A stretch of 40,830 bases of DNA from Candidatus Dojkabacteria bacterium CG_4_10_14_0_2_um_filter_Dojkabacteria_WS6_41_15 (GTDB taxonomy: Bacteria; Patescibacteriota; Dojkabacteria; GCA-002793355): NCBI GenBank assembly GCA_002793355.1, contig PFQB01000107.1:1-40830 (forward strand), in the 5' to 3' direction. A program made the position numbers and the translations under genes. Of the stretch, positions 16,872 to 25,402 are shown in pieces (the first letter of the stretch is position 1; the number at the start of each line of letters is the position of its first letter). The notes under the pieces were generated by a model, which worked only from the letters and a program-made list of their open reading frames with translations, was not told the DNA's origin and made no database searches.

Positions 16872-19472
16872 ATGACCGAAACTAAGCCACTAATGGCGCA
16901 GTACGCAGCTATTAAGGCGGAATACAAGGATGCAATTCTTCTTTTTCAGATGGGTGACTTTTTTGAGTGTTTTTACGAAGACGCCGAAAAAGTATCGGAC
17001 GTGCTTGGCTTAGTACTAACGAGTCGTTCTAAAAGTAATGATGCACCGCCAATGGCGGGTTTTCCTCAAAAAGCTCTAGATGATTATTTACCGCGACTAA
17101 TTGCCGCAGGGCTAAAGGTCGCGGTTGCAAGACAGATGGAAAATCCGAAGAACGCAAAAGGAATTGTTAAACGAGCAGTCACCGAAGTTATCACGCAAGG
17201 TACTATTGCGACACAAGAAGAGTTGCTCTCGAAAGACAAGAATTACATAGGTTGCGTTGTAATAAATGGAAAGCTGGTTGGCGTTGCTTTTGCAGATATT
17301 TCTACAGGTGAATTTAAGTTTTATGAAGGGGCCATCGTTGGCGTTAAGGAACTTATCGAGCAACTAAAGTTCAAGGAATTACTGAAATCGACCAAAGATT
17401 CTAATAATTACACTGAGGGTTATAATATTGTTGTACAGCCCATTGACGACAAAGAGTTCTCACTTGAGAAAACGATGAAGGTATTGCTGTCTCATTTCAG
17501 TGTACCAAACCTTGATCCTCTTGGTTTGACCGATTACCCACTTGCGACAACGGCTGCTGGCTTGCTTCTCACCTACTTTAACGACACAAAAAAAACTGAA
17601 CCAAAGCATATTGTGAAAATTGAATATTTTAATCCTCGACACGCACTCCATATCGATCCCACGACACAACGAAATTTAGAGATATTCTACAATCTAAAAA
17701 CACATAGACTTGAGGGGTCATTACTGGGGGTCATTGACGAGACAAGAACGGCCATGGGTCACCGCTTGCTGTACGAATGGCTCTCCTTCCCGCAAACTGA
17801 TCCGCAAGAACTAAATATGCGCTATGATATTGTGGAATATTATGCGAAAAACAATGCTTTGTATCAAGAATTGACAACTCTTTTGACGCGTTATCCAGAC
17901 TTACAACGACTTACCAGCGCACTTGGATTGGGAAGAATTCATCCCAAGCACCTTATTGTTATGGCTGAAGCAGTTGAGAAAGGAATTTCGATAAATACCT
18001 TGCATAAAGACCTGCACGGTATAACTTCGTTAGACGAAGAACAAACGTCGTCACTATACAAGTTATCACAGAAAATATCGGCTGCTATTGTTATTAGCGC
18101 AACAAGACCAACTTTTATCACGCAAGGCTACAATAAAGAGTTGGATCACCTGGTCGAGCTATCCACAAATGGTGAAAGATTTATAAAGGATTTATACAAC
18201 AAAGAAAAGGTAACCAGTAATATTCCTGGATTAAAGCTAAGTTTTAATAATGTGTTCGGCTATTCGTTCGAATTATCCCGTATCCAGAGTGCTAATGCAC
18301 CCGAACATTTCATTAAGAAACAAACACTGGTAAATACAGAGCGGTACATTACAGAAGAATTGAAGCAATTGGAATCTCAGGTATTATCGGCTCGTGATCA
18401 ATTGCAAATCCTTGAAGGAGAGCTTTACAAAGAACTAGTGACTTCGTTACAGCAGTACGTTCGAGCCCTTGCTTCGCTTGGGCAGCTCATCTCTTTCATT
18501 GATGTACTGCTTAGTTTTGCCACCTCCGCCCTAACCAAGCGTTACATTCGCCCAACACTAACGACAACTGAGCGAACGCTAAAACTAGAAGGCATGCGAC
18601 ACCCTGTAGTCGAGAAAACTGTTAGCGAATTCGTTCCTAATGACTTGACTGTAGACAAAGAAAGTAATTTCTTGATACTGACGGGACCAAACATGGGCGG
18701 CAAGTCTACTTTTGTTCGACAGATTGCACTGCTCCAGATTATGGCGCAAGTCGGCTCATTTATTCCAGCTACATCAGCAACAATACCGTTAGTTGACAAA
18801 GTCTTTGCCCGTATTGGAGCCTCTGACGATATTTCGACCGGCAAGAGCACGTTCATGGTAGAACTTTCTGAAGTTGCCTACATTGTTGCACAAGCAACCG
18901 AACAGTCATTGGTAATTTTGGATGAAGTTGGCCGCGGCACCAGCACTTACGAAGGAATTTCCCTAGCATGGGGAATTGCACAATATATTGCCAACCAAAT
19001 AGGCTGTACAACCATTTTTACTACTCACTTCCGCGAATTAACTGATCTTGCTGATCTTTCATCTAAGTTTATTAATTATAAAGTGAATTTGAAAGAAGAA
19101 AATGAAACCATTTACTTCTTGCACACAGTAACCAAAGGGCGTAGCGATAAAAGTTACGGCATTCAAGTTGCAAAGTTAGTTAACCTACCGAAAGAGATTA
19201 TTGATACAGCATTTGAAGTGCTGGAATCGTTTGAGAAAAAGGCGCTATCCGTTGAATTTAAGCAAGAAAACGATAACGCACCAAAGCAGGAAAACAATAA
19301 AGCGGTGAAGGAAGGGCAGTTGGATTTCTTTAGTGCTGTACAACCCCAAGAAAGTGAACAAAGCAAGAAACTTCGCGAATTACTCGAAGATGTTAATCCG
19401 AATACGCTAACACCAATTGAGGCACTGATACTGGTGGAGAAAATGAAGAAAGAACTAGATGAAAAAGAGTAA
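16872..19472 (+). CDS. mutS: DNA mismatch repair protein MutS
   Basis: An 866 aa ORF. The N-terminal mismatch-binding region reads MAQY..IK......LLFQMGDFFE.F..DA. Walker A is LTGPNMGGKSTF, and DEVGRGTSTYEGISLAW and the FTTHF motif are present. Confidence 0.95.
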   Translation: MTETKPLMAQYAAIKAEYKDAILLFQMGDFFECFYEDAEKVSDVLGLVLTSRSKSNDAPPMAGFPQKALDDYLPRLIAAGLKVAVARQMENPKNAKGIVKRAVTEVITQGTIATQEELLSKDKNYIGCVVINGKLVGVAFADISTGEFKFYEGAIVGVKELIEQLKFKELLKSTKDSNNYTEGYNIVVQPIDDKEFSLEKTMKVLLSHFSVPNLDPLGLTDYPLATTAAGLLLTYFNDTKKTEPKHIVKIEYFNPRHALHIDPTTQRNLEIFYNLKTHRLEGSLLGVIDETRTAMGHRLLYEWLSFPQTDPQELNMRYDIVEYYAKNNALYQELTTLLTRYPDLQRLTSALGLGRIHPKHLIVMAEAVEKGISINTLHKDLHGITSLDEEQTSSLYKLSQKISAAIVISATRPTFITQGYNKELDHLVELSTNGERFIKDLYNKEKVTSNIPGLKLSFNNVFGYSFELSRIQSANAPEHFIKKQTLVNTERYITEELKQLESQVLSARDQLQILEGELYKELVTSLQQYVRALASLGQLISFIDVLLSFATSALTKRYIRPTLTTTERTLKLEGMRHPVVEKTVSEFVPNDLTVDKESNFLILTGPNMGGKSTFVRQIALLQIMAQVGSFIPATSATIPLVDKVFARIGASDDISTGKSTFMVELSEVAYIVAQATEQSLVILDEVGRGTSTYEGISLAWGIAQYIANQIGCTTIFTTHFRELTDLADLSSKFINYKVNLKEENETIYFLHTVTKGRSDKSYGIQVAKLVNLPKEIIDTAFEVLESFEKKALSVEFKQENDNAPKQENNKAVKEGQLDFFSAVQPQESEQSKKLRELLEDVNPNTLTPIEALILVEKMKKELDEKE

Positions 19473-20526
19473 CGAGCAGGTAATTATTCGTAATGTATTA
19501 GAATACTCACTTTGGACACTATTATTGCTTATTTCGGTGTATATCACTTACTGCTACTCGGGTAATCTGCTAAATAACAGTCACCCAGCGGTAATTACAG
19601 CAATTATTCTATTCTCTGTAATATTAGGATTACTCATAATTAGAAAGCCGCAAGATGTATTGTTGGTTTCGCTCATCCTCACTCACTTCGCTGTACTAAT
19701 TACATGGGGAACTATTGTCCCATACATTCAATTCATGCCCTTAATATTAACGGCACTGTTTTTATTAAATAAAAAAGAAAAATTGATTCTGCCCTATCTT
19801 GGAGTTTCTGCCCTTTTCACGGGAATTGAATTCTGCGGATTACTTCCACTGGTCAAGGTAGAATACCTCGAAGTTGGTTTGCCTAACTTGACTATAACAT
19901 TCATACTACAGATATTAACCTACAGCTTTTGGGCAATATTTCTTAAGTTCTATGCTCTTTTTGATAATATAAATGAATTAGGACTAAAGGACCTAGTTAC
20001 TAACACTTCCAAAGGATTTCTTGCCAGCATCTGGGTAAAGGGATTGTATGTTTCGATGCTGCTCCATTTTATAAACAACTTTTTTAACTCAATTGTGTGG
20101 GGAAGCAAATTATCAGTAAAGAATGCAAGTATTATCCGCCTCTTGGCTGAATCTGACCGAGCAGATAGAAATAAGAGCTTTAAGCTTTCCGACATATTTA
20201 CCTTACTCGAGATACCAAAAGCGAAGTTCCCACGAATGTCGCAACGGTTATCCACTAGTGACTCCAAGATTCTTTTCATTATTCTCCACAATATCATCGA
20301 CAACTATAAGAAACACAAGTCAAACCCCTTATTCGTAGTCAACGTCAAGGAAAACAACATACTGCAAATTGTTATAGACACAAACACAGTAACACGCACA
20401 ACAAAAGCTTTTTGGAACAGGAATCTCGGAACAACCAAGCATTTTCTACAGCTAACCGATAAAGGAAGCTTATTGATTGAGCAAGCTCCTGCGTTTAAAA
20501 CTTCACTAATTTATAAACTCGGTTAA
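19459..20526 (+). CDS. polytopic membrane protein with LytS/YehU-type His_kinase-like motif and degenerate ATPase region
   Basis: About 5 N-terminal TM helices, then LLHFINNFFNSIVW (compare the HFLFN.LN signature of PF06580), then an N-box-like HNIIDNYKKH. It overlaps the mutS end by 14 nt. G-box motifs are not evident. Confidence 0.4.
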   Translation: MKKSNEQVIIRNVLEYSLWTLLLLISVYITYCYSGNLLNNSHPAVITAIILFSVILGLLIIRKPQDVLLVSLILTHFAVLITWGTIVPYIQFMPLILTALFLLNKKEKLILPYLGVSALFTGIEFCGLLPLVKVEYLEVGLPNLTITFILQILTYSFWAIFLKFYALFDNINELGLKDLVTNTSKGFLASIWVKGLYVSMLLHFINNFFNSIVWGSKLSVKNASIIRLLAESDRADRNKSFKLSDIFTLLEIPKAKFPRMSQRLSTSDSKILFIILHNIIDNYKKHKSNPLFVVNVKENNILQIVIDTNTVTRTTKAFWNRNLGTTKHFLQLTDKGSLLIEQAPAFKTSLIYKLG

Positions 20527-20663
20527 ATACTTTTCCGATTTTCCTTGCAACGTTAGCGCTTTAAAGCAAGCGGTATTTGGTTAACTCTCGATAGTACCAA
20601 CATCTTGCCATTCGGATAGTGTTACGGGAATTAGGCTAATCATGAACTGTTTTACTTCATTTT

Positions 20664-21149
20664 CTACAAATACGAACCACGTCCACCTTCACCAGAATCT
20701 CCATACCCTGGAGCGTTAGGTATAGGTAAATCGTCATCAACGACTTCTGGCGAAATGCTTTTACAGCTAAATTGACCATCCTTCGGGTGGTGAGGATCAT
20801 TCCCGTGGTGACCTTTCTTGCGAGTTGGATCAAAATAAGCAACTGTTTCGTACCCATCAGACTCAAGCACAGAGAGCTTCACTCTAAACCCTTTACTTGT
20901 TGGTGTACAGGCAAAAGTTACCATATCACCAACTTTATCCTTGTAGCAACAAACTAAGCTGGGTCGTGAGCCAGTACTGCCTTTTAGCACCGTGATTTCA
21001 CCATTTGGAGCAAATCGTGATTCGACAGCACCATCAATATATACTCTTGCTAATAGTCCTTTTACACTATTTGGTACTTGATTATTTGCTACAGAATCTA
21101 TAGCTTCGAAACGTCTGGATGCATGCCCGCTCTGATGATCAGCTATCAT
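20664..21149 (-). CDS. hypothetical protein (161 aa), His/Gly/Asp-rich C-terminus
   Basis: An ORF with an upstream extended -10 TGcTATAAT and a leader of about 30 nt. No recognisable domain. Confidence 0.5.
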   Translation of the reverse strand: MIADHQSGHASRRFEAIDSVANNQVPNSVKGLLARVYIDGAVESRFAPNGEITVLKGSTGSRPSLVCCYKDKVGDMVTFACTPTSKGFRVKLSVLESDGYETVAYFDPTRKKGHHGNDPHHPKDGQFSCKSISPEVVDDDLPIPNAPGYGDSGEGGRGSYL

Positions 21150-21219
21150 ACCGTGTTTTCAATAATTATTTTTCGGAGCTGCACTCGTATTATAGCATTG
21201 ATTGACCAAAGGCAACAGA

Positions 21220-21825
21220 TTATAGGCTCCCCTTGCGCTGTTGGTCAGTAAGTTGCGATTTGTTCAATCTCCTTAACGCAAGCACCGCAATTGCTAGATT
21301 AATTGCAAAGATATACGCGGGAAAAGCTGCTGTTCCAATACTCCACAACGTTATTGCGCACAAACTCAACATTCCTGCAACCGTATCTATTGCAAAGAAG
21401 CGCCAATCTTCTGTTTCTGGATGCTTGTAAGTTTTTACAAGCGTTGGGACCATGCCAAAGAAATCAGCAAGAATTGAGGCATAAAGACCAAAACCTGGGT
21501 TTGAGGTTGTTTGCCACAACACAATACCTACGCTGGCAACAAACATGCAGAAGATATCTAACCTGCTCCACCCACCCCAGCCATACTTCAAACTCAACAG
21601 AAAAATAAATGTGGCTTGCAGAAAGGAGACACCTGCTAACCAGATTGCAACCGTATCATGCCGAGCAAACAGGGAAAAGGTTGTAATCATCGTAGTAGCC
21701 AAGATGACTAAACGTGTAATCCGGTGAGGTTTTGCTTCGCCCTTCAAGATGGAGCTGGCGTAGACTAACGGTGAGCAGAGCGCAAGAAGCGTGCTGACGA
21801 CAATAAGTAGTTGGGAGTAGTTCAT
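21220..21825 (-). CDS. integral membrane protein (about 6 TM), family not recognised
   Basis: Hydrophobic periodicity throughout. An SD-like GGAG lies 8 nt upstream of the ATG (caGGAGtctgtatATG). Confidence 0.6.
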   Translation of the reverse strand: MNYSQLLIVVSTLLALCSPLVYASSILKGEAKPHRITRLVILATTMITTFSLFARHDTVAIWLAGVSFLQATFIFLLSLKYGWGGWSRLDIFCMFVASVGIVLWQTTSNPGFGLYASILADFFGMVPTLVKTYKHPETEDWRFFAIDTVAGMLSLCAITLWSIGTAAFPAYIFAINLAIAVLALRRLNKSQLTDQQRKGSL

Positions 21826-21888
21826 ATACAGACTCCTGCAATTTAGTTGAGGCTTTTAGTCTCGTATAGTAATTTTAGAAGAGTTTGC

Positions 21889-21916
21889 GGCGTTGCGCGA
21901 ATAAGCGCGCAACGCC
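21889..21916. promoter_or_regulatory. perfect 11-bp GC-rich inverted repeat in a divergent intergenic region
   Basis: GGCGTTGCGCG (21889-21899), aataag loop, CGCGCAACGCC (21906-21916). No flanking T-tract on either strand. It lies between the starts of the 21825(-) and 21990(+) genes. Confidence 0.5.
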
Positions 21917-21978
21917 ACAACAAAACCCAGTTCGTCGTTTATTTCTGCAACAACTATGCCAATCTATTCGAATTCCGT

Positions 21979-21984
21979 TATAAT
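21979..21984 (+). promoter_or_regulatory. -10 box TATAAT, 5 nt upstream of the ATG at 21990
   Basis: The sequence reads cgtTATAATagtgtATG. Confidence 0.4.
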
Positions 21985-21989
21985 AGTGT

Positions 21990-22820
21990 ATGAAAAGTAA
22001 TCAACCAGAATCAAAAGAACTATTAGTTCGTAACCTAGCAGAATTTGGGCTTACCAAAGAAGAAGCGCTCACCTACATAGAATTAACCCGTTCTGGCCCA
22101 GCAACCTCGTATCATTTGCACCAATTGACGGGAATGGGCAGGTCTACCCTAGACAAAGTACTAGACGTGCTCCTTGAAAAGAACCTTGTGTCCCTTAACC
22201 GAACAGACAACACTAAGATTTATACCGCCCACCCCTATAAAAACCTTTCCAATTTGGTCGAAGTTAAGGAAGCGGAAGTAGAAATGATGAAAGAATCCTT
22301 AAATCAAATTTACGATAAATTCGCAGGTTTATCCCCGGAATCGACAAAAGATAATGCACAAGTAATACACTACTACGGGATGGAAGGATTAAAACAAGTG
22401 GTCTGGAACGCCTTGCGTGCCAAAGACGAAATGCGCATATTTGAAGTTTCCCGCTTATCCGCCTTTATGCAAAAGAAATTCGCCGAGCGCTATCGCGAAG
22501 AGTGTGTTGCTCGAGGCATCAAACACTACGACTTAACAAACGAAAGCTTCATGCCTGGCTGGACTGATGTGCACAAGTTTGTCGAGCAAGATGAAACTCG
22601 ATATATCGACCCCGCAATTCTTGAAATCAAATTCGAGATCTACATTTACAATGACGTCGTAGCCTTAACTGATTACCGAAATAACGAGCTTTTATGTCTA
22701 GAAATCCATAATTCTTTTCTGGCAAGCCTACAAAAACAACTCTTTGACTACATTTGGAAAGACGCGAAAAAGATGGTGGTAACGGGGCCAAGAGGTGAAA
22801 TGACCGTTGTAAAAGAATAA
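21990..22820 (+). CDS. TrmB family transcriptional regulator
   Basis: The N-terminal wHTH reads LAEFGLTKEEALTYIELTRSGPATSYHLHQLTGMGRSTLDKVLDVLLEKNLVS, matching the TrmB pattern. A C-terminal effector-like domain follows. Confidence 0.7.
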   Translation: MKSNQPESKELLVRNLAEFGLTKEEALTYIELTRSGPATSYHLHQLTGMGRSTLDKVLDVLLEKNLVSLNRTDNTKIYTAHPYKNLSNLVEVKEAEVEMMKESLNQIYDKFAGLSPESTKDNAQVIHYYGMEGLKQVVWNALRAKDEMRIFEVSRLSAFMQKKFAERYREECVARGIKHYDLTNESFMPGWTDVHKFVEQDETRYIDPAILEIKFEIYIYNDVVALTDYRNNELLCLEIHNSFLASLQKQLFDYIWKDAKKMVVTGPRGEMTVVKE

Positions 22821-22824
22821 TCCT

Positions 22825-23268
22825 CTACTTGCCTCCGAACAACTCTTCAAAATTCATCGTCGCCCCAATAATTGCCCCGAAAACCAAGTAACTACGAGCT
22901 AAATCCTTTATTTCAAGTGCACCTTGCAGTTGCGATAATGCCTCTGGTAGCTGTTCTTTCAAGGAAGTAATTGGCAGCAATTCAGTTTCGAATATTCGGA
23001 GCACAAAAGCTTGCACTACAGCCAAGTTTTGTCCTTGATTTAGTGCCACTTGTAGCTGAAGTATCCCTGAATAAAGATCTGTTAACTGCCGTTTTAGTGA
23101 AACCAGCTCCGCTCTATCAAGATTTTGGATAAGAGTAATAATTTCTTCAGTTTTAATCGTGATTTTTTGATTTAATTGCTCCAGAGATTCGTTCGTTGAA
23201 ACATGCTGCAGCAATTGTTGGTGTTTTAACATGCACTGATTAATTTTCTTCACATCAAGTGGTACCAT
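22825..23268 (-). CDS. hypothetical helical/coiled-coil protein (147 aa)
   Basis: An ORF with SD GAGGAG 9 nt upstream of the ATG. The Leu/Gln-rich heptad-like composition gives no family call. Confidence 0.5.
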   Translation of the reverse strand: MVPLDVKKINQCMLKHQQLLQHVSTNESLEQLNQKITIKTEEIITLIQNLDRAELVSLKRQLTDLYSGILQLQVALNQGQNLAVVQAFVLRIFETELLPITSLKEQLPEALSQLQGALEIKDLARSYLVFGAIIGATMNFEELFGGK

Positions 23269-23314
23269 CTCTCTGTTCTCCTCATCTTAATTAATGATAT
23301 AATTGCACACTGCC

Positions 23315-23351
23315 TTGGACATTAACTGACTGTTTTGGACACATTTGGACA
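23315..23351 (+). repeat. three direct TTGGACA repeats abutting the start codon of the winged-helix gene
   Basis: TTGGACA occurs at 23315-23321, 23335-23341 and 23345-23351, with 20-bp and 10-bp spacing. The ATG is at 23352, and TGaTATAAT lies at 23296-23304 upstream. Confidence 0.6.
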
Positions 23352-24380
23352 ATGGCAGATTATCAAGATCTATATAAACAAGGCCTCCCCTACTTTCAGC
23401 ACGACGTTGAGAAAATACTTGCTGCCCTCGAACAAAAACAGTGTGTTGCCCTTTGCTCTGCTTATAAGATGGGCGACCACCGATTTGTTGATTATCTCTA
23501 CTCCCTCATCAAAGACACTAATCAATACGATGTATTTTATGATGCCGAAAATTCGTACACAAAAAACAAATTGATCGAATTCCAAGAAAAACACAGTGAT
23601 AAAAACAAAGTCCTTCTGTTACCCTGGTTCTGGCGAATGAATCAGTCAGTGGTAAAAGAATACACCTCCATTATGCGTGACAAACGTAACAAATTCACTT
23701 CGGTAATTATTCTCGACCCTACTTTTCTAGATAAGCCTGAAAAATTATTTCCTGACACCAATACACCTACCGAAATCATGATTACTCGCAGTTTACTTTT
23801 ACCGGGTGAGATTTCCAAACTACTTCTTACTCGTGAAAAGTTGGCTAACCGTACAATTCCTCAAGCACAAAAGAAAAAAATTGGTATTCTTAGTGGTGGC
23901 CATATAGGACTTGCAAAGCGTTTATTTACTTTGGCAGTTCAAGGAGAAACCATTTCACTTGAGAATCTTATTGTCGACACCGCAATCAGATCCGATTTGC
24001 TTAATTTGGAACATCAAATTCAGACACTCAGCCAGTCGACAGCAAAAAAAATAGGCTTATTGGATAAAAACAATCAAATTAGCATTCCTTTACTGCAGCG
24101 CTTTATAGCCAACAAAAATAAGGTTTCTACCGTTCGGCTTTCGCCATTGTATCAACAAATCCTTTCAATATTTCTAGCCAAAGAAGGAGCCATTGTTAGC
24201 AAAAAAGAGTTACACGAAATTATCAACAAAGAGAAAGTATACTCGCTCTGGGCAGTATACAAAACTATTTCTAGGTTTAAAAATGCAATAAAGCCAATAT
24301 ATGAACTTAGAACCGTAAATGGCAAGGGATATCTATTAACTCGGAATATTGACCATGTACAATTTCAGATGCGCACCTGA
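23352..24380 (+). CDS. winged-helix (OmpR/trans_reg_C-like) protein with degenerate NTPase-like N-terminal domain
   Basis: The C-terminus reads LSPLYQQILSIFLAKEGAIVSKKEL...VYKTISRFKNAIKP..ELRTVNGKGYLL. The N-terminal roughly 230 aa lack a Walker A motif. Confidence 0.5.
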   Translation: MADYQDLYKQGLPYFQHDVEKILAALEQKQCVALCSAYKMGDHRFVDYLYSLIKDTNQYDVFYDAENSYTKNKLIEFQEKHSDKNKVLLLPWFWRMNQSVVKEYTSIMRDKRNKFTSVIILDPTFLDKPEKLFPDTNTPTEIMITRSLLLPGEISKLLLTREKLANRTIPQAQKKKIGILSGGHIGLAKRLFTLAVQGETISLENLIVDTAIRSDLLNLEHQIQTLSQSTAKKIGLLDKNNQISIPLLQRFIANKNKVSTVRLSPLYQQILSIFLAKEGAIVSKKELHEIINKEKVYSLWAVYKTISRFKNAIKPIYELRTVNGKGYLLTRNIDHVQFQMRT

Positions 24381-25377
24381 TATTTCTCCGAACATACTGC
24401 ACCGTATTGGTCCAGAAGTATTCTCTCCAAATACTGTTGCTGCAGAAATGTCACTTGCGCTTATCGATCCCGATTGCTACCAGAAAATGATGCAGGAAAG
24501 ACGACCCGAACACGAAATTGAACAGGTAGGTCTTGCATTACTTCAAGGACAACAAAATATATTAAACCTATGTCCAGGTAATGGTGTTATTCTTTGTGGC
24601 CCAGCTGGAGCAGGAAAAACTTCACTAACAGCACATCTGCTCGGAGGTCTAAAACATATGAAGCATACACCTAGCGCCAAGCTCCTAGATAAAGAGCGTA
24701 CAGCGTTTTTTCGAGAACGTCCCGACTGTGAGGATCCTCATTGGTATGAAAGACAATTACTTGAAACATGGGTGACAATTCGTACTGCAGCACTATTTGA
24801 TATGCTTACGAAGGAATTGCCAAAATTGAAGAAACAACACTCACTAAGCACCGATGAGATTATTATTGGTGGAGTAATTCAATCACTAGTCACGTTGTGC
24901 GCTTACACAAATACGTACCAAACAGATCGGCTCACAGGTGAAATTCGCTTGCCTGATTCGATGTTGCAGCTAATTATGCTTTCTATGACATATTGGACCC
25001 CACGCGTCTTTGTATTCGTTGATGCAGAAAAGTCAGTACGCAAAGAACGAGTAGACAAGTCTGGCGAAATAGACCCTTTCGAAGTATTGAAAAGAAAGCT
25101 TCCGTTTGATTTCGATGATACTCTAAGAAAACTTACCGTAAACACCTTAAGATACATTGAATTGTACGGGCAATCTCATAATGTTCCCTTCAACTTTGTC
25201 TACTATCCAACCTCTGGCGGTGTAGCTCCAAAATTAATAGGCTCCACTATTTTTACTCCATCAAGTCTTTGTGCATATATTTATTCGCACCAGAACCATC
25301 GCGAGCTACATCACTATTGGTCAAGAATTACCGATTGCTGGGGTGACGAAACTGATTTTGGATTTTGTGAGTACTAA
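24349..25377 (+). CDS. P-loop NTPase/kinase-like protein
   Basis: Walker A is VILCGPAGAGKTSL. A later FVFVDAEKSVRKERV resembles the lid region of small-molecule P-loop kinases (AAA_33/zeta-like). It overlaps the upstream gene by 32 nt, and the start may be an internal Met. Confidence 0.5.
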   Translation: MTMYNFRCAPDISPNILHRIGPEVFSPNTVAAEMSLALIDPDCYQKMMQERRPEHEIEQVGLALLQGQQNILNLCPGNGVILCGPAGAGKTSLTAHLLGGLKHMKHTPSAKLLDKERTAFFRERPDCEDPHWYERQLLETWVTIRTAALFDMLTKELPKLKKQHSLSTDEIIIGGVIQSLVTLCAYTNTYQTDRLTGEIRLPDSMLQLIMLSMTYWTPRVFVFVDAEKSVRKERVDKSGEIDPFEVLKRKLPFDFDDTLRKLTVNTLRYIELYGQSHNVPFNFVYYPTSGGVAPKLIGSTIFTPSSLCAYIYSHQNHRELHHYWSRITDCWGDETDFGFCEY

Positions 25378-25391
25378 GCAATATTTTCCGC

Positions 25392-25397
25392 TATAAT
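25392..25397 (+). promoter_or_regulatory. -10 box TATAAT, 5 nt upstream of the ATG at 25403
   Basis: The sequence reads cgcTATAATgctccATG. Confidence 0.4.
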
Positions 25398-25402
25398 GCT
25401 CC

